Shown here: piece after piece, positions 33,063 to 40,844 of the stretch
Numbering within the stretch: the first letter of the stretch is position 1
Layout: each line of letters opens with the position of its first letter
Source: Pirellulales bacterium
GTDB taxonomy: Bacteria; Planctomycetota; Planctomycetia; Pirellulales; JAICIG01
DNA: 64,000 nt
Direction: 5' to 3'
NCBI GenBank assembly: GCA_035533075.1
Contig: DATLUO010000064.1
Span: forward strand, 12,573-76,572
Translations under genes and position numbers: made by a program
The notes under the pieces: generated by a model
What the model saw: only the letters and a program-made list of their open reading frames with translations
Databases searched by the model: none
What the model was told of the DNA's origin: nothing

Positions 33063-35978
33063 TCACTCAATCATTTTCCTCGCTTCCTCCACGAGCAGCG
33101 GATAAACGGCCCGTTCGGCCCAGGTGCCCCACGCGGCCCGGCGATTGGCGAGATCGTCGCTCTCGTTCCGGTCGGCTTCTTCGACCCAGCGATCGGCCTC
33201 GGCCAAAGAGCGCCGCGCATCGTCGATTTGCCCGAGTCGGTACTGGGCCATTGCCAGGAAAGACCAATCCCAGGCGCTGGGCCGATAGAGTATGGCCGCC
33301 ACACGAAAACACTCGATCGCTTCCGCCCAACGACCGGCGCGGTAGAGCGCCGCGCCGCGCACGTAGCCACCGTAGTGAAAGTAAGGCGCCGCGACCTCCG
33401 CCAGCTTGACAAGGCGCCCCGCTTCGGGCACGGCGTCGTCGGCCAGCACGCAGGCGAACAGCACGCTGCAGGCCGTGCGCGAGTCGTTGGTGGCAGCGAA
33501 GCGATCGAGCATGGCCTGACAGGCGCGGCGATAGGCGTCGCCCTCGCCGGCGGCCAGGTGGGCCACGGCACAAAAGCGCCACAGGTCGGCGTCGTCGCCG
33601 GCCAGGTTGCTCGCGGCGGCGAATTCGGCCGCTGCGTCACTATAGCGATCTTGCCCTAGAAAGACGTAACCCCGGCTGCGGTGCGATTCGAGCCGAATCT
33701 GCGCGTCGCCCGGCCGCTCGTTCAGAGCCGCGGCGTACTCGGCGCTCGCTTTGACGTCCCAGTGCAGTCCGGCAAAGGCCCGCGCTCGCAAGACGGCCAG
33801 CCGCGGATCGTCTGGCGGAGACTCGCCATCGATCAAGTTCGCCGCCTCGCGGTAGTACAAATCGCATTCCAACCAGTCGCACCAGGCAATCGGCCAGGCG
33901 GCCTCTGCGCCACGGTGCGTCACCCAAGCGCCACTCTGGCTCTCGTATCGGTCCTGGGTCCAGCGGTCGATGGTCTGGACGGTGGCATGGAGTGCCTGCC
34001 GGGCGTCGTCGGACTGGCCAAGGCGGTAATGAGCCATGGCCAGCACCGGATAGGCAATCTCCCGTACCGCAAAGTCGGGCTTGGCATCGAGTGACTCCCG
34101 CAGGCGTCCCACCGCTTGCTCGAATTGCCCTGCGCGGTAATGAGCGACGCCTAACAGGAAGAGACAATGCCGCGACCCGGGGCTGTCTGCCAACAGTGTC
34201 TCGGCAAGTCGCACCACCTCGGTCGGATCGCCCTCTGGACCGGGCCATAAGACAAACGCGCGCGTCAATTCTCGGGCGAACGTGGTGTTCGTTGTACCTC
34301 CAAAACGCTCGCGAATTTGCACCCGTGCTTGTCGGTGGCCTGCCGCGTCTCCCACGTGTAACCGCAACAAGGCGTGTAGGTAATAGCGGAAGGCGACGTT
34401 GGGCTCCCGCAATTGCACCTCGCGCGCGAGATCGGCGGCGGCCAAATCCCACAGTCCCAACAGCGCGAGCAAGTCGCCGCGCTCCGCCCACAGCGAGGCG
34501 TGGTCGGGCCGCAATTCAATGGCCTTCGAAAAGGCCGCGTGGGCATCGTCCCAGCGCCGTTGGCTGGCATACCATCGTCCGCGCTCTAATAGGGCGTTGG
34601 CCGATGTCAAGTTATTCAGGTCGTGCCGAATCTGTTCGGCCCGCTGCTCAGCCAGCTCTTCGGCTTGCACGGCGCGGTCCTTGGCCTCTTGCGTGCGCGC
34701 TTGTTCCCGGCGGATAAGGGAGTTGCTGGCGGCCAACTCGGCAATTGTGATCGCTGCACCTAGCACGATCAGGGCCGCGGCCGTGAGCGCAAGTTTGTTC
34801 CGCCGCGCGAACTTGCCGAAGCGGTACCTGCGCGAAGGCGGGCAAGCCAGCACCGGCTCGTCGGCCAGGTAGCGCCGCACGTCGGCGGCGAAAGCGCTGG
34901 CCGTCTCGTAGCGCCGGTTGCGGTCTTTCTCCAGGGCCTTGAGCACGATCCAATCGAGCTCGCCCCGTATGAGCTGACGCAAGCGAACAGGGTCGCTGCC
35001 CCGGTCGGCGGAGACCACGGTGGCCGACTCGCCCAGCAGGGCGATGCGCGTGCTCGGCGGCGGCGACTCCTCCTCGCGGATCAGCCGGCCGATCTCATCA
35101 AAGCCCGCCTGCCGCAGCCGCTCTTCCTCCAGCGGCGTGCTACCGGTGAGCAGCTCGTAGAGAACCACCCCCAACGCATAAATGTCGGTCCGCGTATCGA
35201 TGTCGAGCCCGTTCTTCTGGGATTGCTCGGGGCTCATGTAGCGCGGCGTGCCGAGCATCTGAGCGAAACCGGTAAAATACGTCTTTTCGGTGAGCGGTTC
35301 GCCCAGCGCTTTGGCGATGCCGAAGTCGATCACTTTGACCACCGGCGTCTCGTCGTGCATCGTCACCAGCACGTTCGAGGGCTTGAGATCGCGGTGGATG
35401 ATGCCTTTGGAATGTGCGTGCTGAACCGCCTGGCAGACGGAAAGAAACAGCTCCAACCGCTCTTTGGGCGAGAGCCGGCTGTGATCGCAGAATTCGGTGA
35501 TCGGCGTGCCGCGCACCAGTTCCATCACGAAGTAGGGCCGGCCCGATTCGGTCTGGCCCGCGTCGAGCACACGGGCAATGTTCGGGTGCTCCATCAGGGC
35601 CAGGGCCTGGCGTTCGGCCTCGAAGCGGGCCACCACCTGCCGGCTGTCCATGCCCGGCTTGACGATCTTCAGCGCCACGCGTCGGCGCACGGGGCAGGTC
35701 TGCTCGGCCATAAAAACGATGCCGAAGCCGCCTTCGCCGATTTGTTCCAGGAGCTTGTAAGGTCCGATCTGCGTGCCCGGCCCCTCCACCACTTGGCCGG
35801 CTGCTCCTTCCAGAAACCGGCCCGCTTCCTCGTCGGCCAGCAGCAGATCCTCAATTCGCGCCCGCAAGGCGGCATCGTCGCCGCAGGCCTCGGCCAGAAA
35901 CGCGGCGCGGTCCTCGGGCGATTGCCGCGAGAGCGCCGCGCAGAAGACTTCCATCACTTGCTGGCCGGAAAGTTGCAT
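33063..35978 (-). CDS. Membrane-anchored Ser/Thr protein kinase with a C-terminal TPR-repeat region
   Basis: 'IGEGGFGIVFMAEQ', 'VALKIVK', 'HRDLKPSNVL' and 'DFGIAK' are Hanks kinase motifs. One TM segment is present ('LTAAALIVLGAAITIAELAA'), followed by TPR-like repeats. The preferred start is ATG 35978 ('MQLSGQQVMEVF'). Confidence 0.93.
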   Translation of the reverse strand: MQLSGQQVMEVFCAALSRQSPEDRAAFLAEACGDDAALRARIEDLLLADEEAGRFLEGAAGQVVEGPGTQIGPYKLLEQIGEGGFGIVFMAEQTCPVRRRVALKIVKPGMDSRQVVARFEAERQALALMEHPNIARVLDAGQTESGRPYFVMELVRGTPITEFCDHSRLSPKERLELFLSVCQAVQHAHSKGIIHRDLKPSNVLVTMHDETPVVKVIDFGIAKALGEPLTEKTYFTGFAQMLGTPRYMSPEQSQKNGLDIDTRTDIYALGVVLYELLTGSTPLEEERLRQAGFDEIGRLIREEESPPPSTRIALLGESATVVSADRGSDPVRLRQLIRGELDWIVLKALEKDRNRRYETASAFAADVRRYLADEPVLACPPSRRYRFGKFARRNKLALTAAALIVLGAAITIAELAASNSLIRREQARTQEAKDRAVQAEELAEQRAEQIRHDLNNLTSANALLERGRWYASQRRWDDAHAAFSKAIELRPDHASLWAERGDLLALLGLWDLAAADLAREVQLREPNVAFRYYLHALLRLHVGDAAGHRQARVQIRERFGGTTNTTFARELTRAFVLWPGPEGDPTEVVRLAETLLADSPGSRHCLFLLGVAHYRAGQFEQAVGRLRESLDAKPDFAVREIAYPVLAMAHYRLGQSDDARQALHATVQTIDRWTQDRYESQSGAWVTHRGAEAAWPIAWCDWLECDLYYREAANLIDGESPPDDPRLAVLRARAFAGLHWDVKASAEYAAALNERPGDAQIRLESHRSRGYVFLGQDRYSDAAAEFAAASNLAGDDADLWRFCAVAHLAAGEGDAYRRACQAMLDRFAATNDSRTACSVLFACVLADDAVPEAGRLVKLAEVAAPYFHYGGYVRGAALYRAGRWAEAIECFRVAAILYRPSAWDWSFLAMAQYRLGQIDDARRSLAEADRWVEEADRNESDDLANRRAAWGTWAERAVYPLLVEEARKMIE

Positions 35979-36119
35979 AACCTTATCATCCTCCCCTGCC
36001 GGGAGAGGTTGGCGTGAGAGCGGGGCGCGAACGTGGCCCATTTATAATGCCCGGTTTCCCGCCGAAGTGCGCCGGGCTGCGATGATCTTTTTTTGCAAAT
36101 GCTCCGAATTCTTCGTCGC

Positions 36120-36420
36120 AGCCGCATCTTGAAGGCGCCGCGCCCGCGAATCGCATCGAAGTCCACGTCGGCCTTCGCCAGTCCCACGCCCTTGGCGTCG
36201 TTGCAGAACCCGGCGGCTTGCGTCGCTTGCTTGGCGGTAAGGATCCCACCGGCCGCCGTTTTTCCACACGAGTTACTTCGACTTCTTCTCGGACTCCCGT
36301 TCCATCACTTGCTGGCCGGAAAGATGCATGACCTGACACCGGGCACTACCTGGCCCCTTCTATAATGCGCGATTTGCGGTCAAAGTGCGCCGCGCCGGCC
36401 CAATCTTTTTTTGCGGGATT
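36120..36420 (-). pseudogene. Remnant of a second kinase-type gene: duplicated promoter/leader plus the first 9 codons (18-codon ORF 36273-36329) and a possible C-terminal fragment
   Basis: 'ttccatcacttgctggccggaaag(t/a)tgcat' occurs at both 35950-35978 and 36301-36329. The upstream blocks 'GCAAAAAAAGAT', 'GGCGCACTT' and 'GCATTATA' are shared. The fragment 'GVGLAKADVDFDAIRGRGAFK' resembles a TPR-protein C-terminus. Confidence 0.45.
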
Positions 36421-36435
36421 TGGGTCCGCGCCCTG

Positions 36436-36456
36436 GTAGGGTGGGCATTGCCCACC
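36436..36456. repeat. REP-like hairpin 'GTAGGGTGGGCATTGCCCACC'
   Basis: A GGGTGGGC/GCCCACC stem, lying immediately 3' of the methyltransferase gene. It shares the GTAGGGTGGG head with R3. Confidence 0.7.
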
Positions 36457-36467
36457 GTGAACATTCC

Positions 36468-37043
36468 TTACCGCCGCGGCAGGCCGAGCCACCGCGGCAC
36501 GCGCGCCTTGTAGGTCCGGTAGGCATCGCCGAAGCGCGCCTCCAGACCGCGCTCCTCTTGCGGCACCTTGAGGAAATTCGTGATCGTGAAGCCGGTGGCA
36601 GTGAAAATGAGAATAAAAACGCTGCCGTAATAGAGCGCCCAGCCGAGTACGACGATCAATAGGGAGAGGAACATCGGGTTGCGCGAGAAGGCAAAGGGAC
36701 CGTGCGTGATGAGCACGCGTGAAGTGGCCGACCAAAGGCGCTCGCCCTCATCCAGCTCCACGATCTCCGGGAGCTTGGAGAACTGGGCGCCCATCACGCT
36801 GTACACCCAGATCAGGCCCATGACTCCAACCGTGACTGGAACCAGGCCGAACCGGTTCCAGGTCGCTGGTCCGCTTTCAGTCCAACCGTACCTGGGAGCG
36901 ACGAGCGACATCGCCCAAGGAAGCACGGCCACGAAAAATGAATGAACAACCAACACAATTGGCATACCGAGAAGAAGGCACGTCCGCCGCCGGATGCGGA
37001 TCCGTCGGGACGGCTTCCCGTCGGAGACGTGAGGAGTGGTCAT
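36468..37043 (-). CDS. Isoprenylcysteine carboxyl methyltransferase (ICMT)/phospholipid methyltransferase-family membrane protein
   Basis: Multi-TM protein with 'LITHGPFAFSRNPMFLSLLIVVLGWAL', which matches the family 'GPY..vRNPmY' motif. Confidence 0.8.
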   Translation of the reverse strand: MTTPHVSDGKPSRRIRIRRRTCLLLGMPIVLVVHSFFVAVLPWAMSLVAPRYGWTESGPATWNRFGLVPVTVGVMGLIWVYSVMGAQFSKLPEIVELDEGERLWSATSRVLITHGPFAFSRNPMFLSLLIVVLGWALYYGSVFILIFTATGFTITNFLKVPQEERGLEARFGDAYRTYKARVPRWLGLPRR

Positions 37044-37047
37044 CGCT

Positions 37048-37614
37048 TCATCTTCGCTCCGGTTCGCTCAGCGCTTCGTACAACCAGGCACGGGCGTAGG
37101 CCCAATAGCGATCGGCGGTGCGCCGCGGCAGATCGAGCGCCGCGGCGGCCTCTTCCTGGGTCATACCGGCAAAGAAACGGAGCGTGACGAGGTCGGCACA
37201 CGGTTTATTCTCCACGGCCAGCCGCTTGAGCGCCTCGTCGAGCGCGAGCAAGTCGTCATGCGAGGCATTGTCGACCGCGATCAGGCTGTCGAGATCGACC
37301 CGCCGCCATCCTCCGCCGCGTTTTTGGCATTTTTTGTCGCGTGCCCGATTGATGAGGATGCGGCGCATCGCCTCGGCCGCGGCACAAAAGAAGTGGCCGC
37401 GGCTGTCCCACTGCGGGTTCTCGCCGCCGCCGACCAACCGCAGGTACGCTTCGTGGACCAGTCCGGTCGCATCGAGCGTCTGGCCGGGCCGCTCATGAGC
37501 CAGCTTGCGCGCGGCCAACCGGCGCAGCTCGTTATAGACCAGCGGCAACAGATCCTCGCTGGCATGCGGGTCGCCTTGCTCGATGGCGGGCAGGATGTGC
37601 GTGACATCGTTCAT
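37048..37614 (-). CDS. ECF-type RNA polymerase sigma factor (TIGR02999-like subgroup, recalled from memory)
   Basis: 'DVTHILPAIEQGDPHASEDLLPLVYNELRRLAARKLAHERPGQTLDATGLVHEAYLRLVG' together with a region-4 HTH, 'TQEEAAAALDLPRRTADRYWAYARAWL'. Confidence 0.9.
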   Translation of the reverse strand: MNDVTHILPAIEQGDPHASEDLLPLVYNELRRLAARKLAHERPGQTLDATGLVHEAYLRLVGGGENPQWDSRGHFFCAAAEAMRRILINRARDKKCQKRGGGWRRVDLDSLIAVDNASHDDLLALDEALKRLAVENKPCADLVTLRFFAGMTQEEAAAALDLPRRTADRYWAYARAWLYEALSEPERR

Positions 37615-37670
37615 CGCCCCTGAACATAACCAACCCGACGCCGAATAGCAAAAGATTTTGGGTTCCGAGC

Positions 37671-37955
37671 GGATGCCGCCGGCTTGCCCGGCGGAGGTTC
37701 ACGTTGGCCGTCTACAGGACGACGCGCCCGACAGCCGCTTGCGGTAGCGGGCCGCCGCTTCCAGGTCACCCTCCCGCTTGCGGAGCAAGCGGGCTACGTA
37801 GCCCGCTCGCTGCGGATGCCGCCGGCTTGCCCGGCGGAGGTTCACATTGGCCGTCTACAGGACGACGCGCCCGACAGCCGCTTGCGGTAGCGGGCCGCCG
37901 CTTCCGGGCCACCCTCCCGCTTGCGGAGCAAGCGGGCTACGTAGCCCGCTCGCTC
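37671..37955. repeat. Tandem duplication, 2 x 143 bp; each unit is a mosaic of three REP-type hairpins
   Basis: The copies start at 37671 and 37814 and differ at only a few positions. The hairpins are CCGCCGG..CCGGCGG, CCCGCTTGC..GCAAGCGGG and AGCGGGCTA-CG-TAGCCCGCT. Confidence 0.9.
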
Positions 37956-38073
37956 CGCGGGCGGATCGGCGATCGGGAGGGCGAACGGTGGTGGTTGGCG
38001 GAGCGTCAGCCGTGCCTAAGAATTGAGCAGCGGCGTCGGGCGGCTGCCGCGACCCGCTCGGCCGCGCACGGTG

Positions 38074-38089
38074 GGTGTAAATTTACACC
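38074..38089. repeat. Perfect 16-bp palindrome GGTGTAAATTTACACC in an AT-rich intergenic stretch
   Basis: The sequence is its own reverse complement. It is followed by AACCGAT-N20-ATCGGTT (38090-38123). Confidence 0.8.
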
Positions 38090-38351
38090 AACCGATGAAA
38101 CACGGCGTTTTTGCCAATCGGTTAACCTGACAGAGGGTTTTTGGCGGCTGCTCAAATGATGTGCATAGTGGTCATCTGGCTGCCTGTTCTTTGAGCACTT
38201 CTATTGTTCGTGCGGCGAAGCAGCCCCGCCGGCGTTCGTCGAGCTGGTGTGACAAACCGAAAAGATCCGGTCCCAAGCCAGCGGCGCGGTAGAACGAGAG
38301 GAATGACAGAAAGATTACAGACAGAAAAATGAAATGAACGATCGCGGTCCT

Positions 38352-38377
38352 GAATCCAAAATCGAAAATCCAAAATC
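38352..38377. repeat. Solo GGATTTT-type heptamer array (same unit order as 33033-33058)
   Basis: 'gaatccaaaatcgaaaatccaaaatc'. I saw no inverted partner nearby. Confidence 0.8.
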
Positions 38378-38706
38378 ACCCCACCCCCCAGATTTACCGT
38401 TGCGGCGGCGGTTTTGAAGGCCGGACCGGCATTGCCGTAACCCGTTTCAGTAAAACGGTTTATAACAAGGAACGGCACTGAAGCGACATTTATTTTTGAC
38501 AACGGTAATTGTTTTTCCGCAAGGGTAATTCGCGGGCGGCAATTTCGCCGGACCGTCAGCGGGTCGGCTGCCGAAAACGCACCGCCGGGCGGACATGAGA
38601 AACCGAAAACGGCGGCCCGCCGCCGCGGGTGACGGGTCGGGCAGCACGACGCTCAAGCGTCGCGCCGGGTCTTTGACAACTTGGTTCTGAATGCGTTCCG
38701 CGGGGG

Positions 38707-39333
38707 TCACCCCGCCCGGCGGAACTCGTACGTCGCCACGCCGCGGGCGGAATCGAAGCTGACGATCGGCAACGTGGGTGGTGGATCGTCGCCCGGATAC
38801 GCCTGGCGGTCGATCGGAAAATCGTGCTGGGCCGGCTGACCCGCCGCGCAGTAGGCCACGGCCTTGATCTGCGTGTGGGCCTGTAGCAGCTTGTCGACGA
38901 GGTAGCGCACCTTTTCGCTCTGGGCCGCGCCGGGCACCACCTCCCAAACCACCAGCCGCAGCGTGCCTGGCATCCCGGCAAACGGCTCATAGTCGATCAA
39001 CACCCCCAGTTGGTCCGGACGGCGACGCTGATCGCCTTCGATCAGGCCCTGACGCCACAGGCAAGCATAATCGCGGCAGCTCGCGGGACGGCGATCGTAA
39101 ATGCCGCAGCCTGCCTGGCAGACGTGCCGGCAAGCGGTCTGGCTGGGCTTGCCTAACTCGCGGACCGATTTTACCGCGCAGCAAGCGGTGCAATCGCCGC
39201 AGGAGCGGCCGGCGGCCCGTCGGGCCACGATCTCGATTTGCTCGGGCGGCAAGCCATGTGCGCGGGCCGCTTCCACAAGCGGATCCTCGCCAGCCGCCAT
39301 GCTGCTTTCCATGGACACCCCCCCGAAGGACAT
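38707..39333 (-). CDS. YkgJ-family cysteine-cluster protein (CxxCxxCC)
   Basis: 'CGDCTACCA' and later 'CRHVCQAGCGIYDRRPASCRDYAC'. The start may instead be ATG 39312. Confidence 0.8.
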   Translation of the reverse strand: MSFGGVSMESSMAAGEDPLVEAARAHGLPPEQIEIVARRAAGRSCGDCTACCAVKSVRELGKPSQTACRHVCQAGCGIYDRRPASCRDYACLWRQGLIEGDQRRRPDQLGVLIDYEPFAGMPGTLRLVVWEVVPGAAQSEKVRYLVDKLLQAHTQIKAVAYCAAGQPAQHDFPIDRQAYPGDDPPPTLPIVSFDSARGVATYEFRRAG

Positions 39334-39546
39334 TCGCGGGGCTAAAAAAAGCCCCTTGGGGTCTTTCGGTATCCGTCGAATGCAAGATCGGCCGCTCTGG
39401 CATGGCCGCCATAATCCGCACGACCGACAGATTTGGCTCTGTCACGGACCAGCCGTCATAGGGTAAACTACAGGGGACGCGGCCCATGATGAGGCGTTGC
39501 AGCGAAAATCAGCGCCTCACTTCCGGCCGCGTGACGTAGTTTCCGT

Positions 39547-39575
39547 TTGTCTGGGTCGGTCTGGGCGGTTAGAAT
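39547..39575 (+). promoter_or_regulatory. Candidate sigma-70-type promoter for hpf
   Basis: TTGTCT (39547-39552), a 17-nt spacer, then TAGAAT (39570-39575). It lies about 40 nt upstream of GTG 39615. An AAGGAG sits at 39602-39607. Confidence 0.35.
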
Positions 39576-39614
39576 GTGCCGTTTCTGATGGGGGTTGGTC
39601 CAAGGAGTTCCTCG

Positions 39615-39968
39615 GTGCAGATTCGCATCTCGACGCGGCATGGTCGCCTGAGCGAGGCCACCCAGGCCAAAATCTCGGCCAAACTCGAACGTTTGCCACG
39701 GCTTTTCGAACGCCTGACGGCCATCGAACTGACCGTCGATCTCGAGCAGAAAACCGCACCCGCCGTGGATTTGCGGGTCTCGGCGGAGCACAAACACGAC
39801 TTCGTCGCCACGGAGCAGGCCGAAGAACTGATGGCTTCCGTCGATGGCTGCCTGCACAAGGTCGAGCAACAATTACGCAAGTACAAGCAGAGAATTCAAG
39901 ATCATCATAAACGTGTGGGCACCAAACCGTCGCCGATCGCCAGTGAAGAAAGTGCGGCGGAAGAGTGA
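39615..39968 (+). CDS. hpf: Ribosome hibernation promoting factor / RaiA family
   Basis: 'VQIRISTRHGRLSEATQAKISAKLERLPRLFERLTAIELTVDLE'. GTG start with a strong SD sequence. Confidence 0.88.
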   Translation: MQIRISTRHGRLSEATQAKISAKLERLPRLFERLTAIELTVDLEQKTAPAVDLRVSAEHKHDFVATEQAEELMASVDGCLHKVEQQLRKYKQRIQDHHKRVGTKPSPIASEESAAEE

Positions 39969-39992
39969 CGAGCATACAGAAAGGAGAGGTGC

Positions 39993-40469
39993 ATGAAGTT
40001 TGCCGACTTCGTGAGCCGCGAGGCGATCAGGGCCGATTTGACGGCCGACGACAAAGAAGGGGTGATTCGCGAGATGCTGCAGGCCCTGTTGGCCGCCAAC
40101 AAGGTCGCCGAAGGCGAGTATGAGGGCATCGTCAAAGCGATCATGAAACGCGAGGAACTGGGCAGCACGGGCATCGGCCGGGGGGTGGCCGTCCCGCACA
40201 CCAAGCACCCCAGCATCGACCATTTGGTCGGCACCGTGGCGGTCAGTCCCGAGGGGGTCGATTTCGACAGCCTCGACGGCGAAAAGGTACACCTCTTTTT
40301 TCTGCTGATTTCACCTCCAGACCGTCCCGGCGACCATCTCCGGGCACTGGAGAATGTGTCGCGTCAATTGCGCGACGAAACGTTCTGCAAGTTCCTCAAG
40401 CAGGCGAAGAATCCGGAAGACATTCTTCAACTGCTCGACGAGGCAGATAACAACCAATTTGTATCCTGA
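39993..40469 (+). CDS. ptsN: PTS EIIA(Ntr)-type regulatory protein
   Basis: 'REELGSTGIGRGVAVPHTK' is the phosphorylatable-His motif. The length is 158 aa. Confidence 0.88.
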   Translation: MKFADFVSREAIRADLTADDKEGVIREMLQALLAANKVAEGEYEGIVKAIMKREELGSTGIGRGVAVPHTKHPSIDHLVGTVAVSPEGVDFDSLDGEKVHLFFLLISPPDRPGDHLRALENVSRQLRDETFCKFLKQAKNPEDILQLLDEADNNQFVS

Positions 40470-40553
40470 GACAATTCGTAGCGAGCTTTTTCGGCCCTGC
40501 GGCCCGCCCCGTCCGGGCGGCCCGGCACGTCTGATGGCCGGCTGTCCAATCCG

Positions 40554-40844
40554 ATGAGCATGAGAGCGACCCGAACCGTCGTCGTCACCAATCCGCAAGG
40601 ATTGCACGCTCGGCCTGCCGACCTGTTTGTGAAGACGGCCACCCGCTTCGCATCCAAGATCGAGCTGGTCAAGGGGCGCGAGCGCGTCGACGGCAAGAGC
40701 ATTCTCTCGTTGCTCACGCTGGCGGCCGTGGCCGGCACGCAATTGCTGATCGAGGCCGACGGGCCCGATGCCGAACAAGCGCTCGATGCGTTGGCGAAGC
40801 TGGTCGAACAGAATTTCGCCGAGAACGAATACATGCGCGAATAG
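40554..40844 (+). CDS. ptsH: HPr/NPr phosphocarrier protein
   Basis: 'VVVTNPQGLHARPADLFV' carries His15 and 'VDGKSILSLLTLA' is the Ser46 region. Confidence 0.9.
   Translation: MSMRATRTVVVTNPQGLHARPADLFVKTATRFASKIELVKGRERVDGKSILSLLTLAAVAGTQLLIEADGPDAEQALDALAKLVEQNFAENEYMRE

Noticed and set aside
37661-37666. A 'GGAAC' ECF-type -35 box upstream of the sigma gene, suggesting auto-regulation.
   Set aside because: The nearest CGTC-like -10 element is about 21 nt away, which is longer than the usual 16-17 nt spacing. I also do not know the promoter motif of this ECF group.
39398-39413. A sigma-54-like 'TGGCAT-N5' element in the ykgJ/hpf divergent region.
   Set aside because: The -12 element (TTGC) is absent, since the sequence reads CCATA. 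The match is not convincing.
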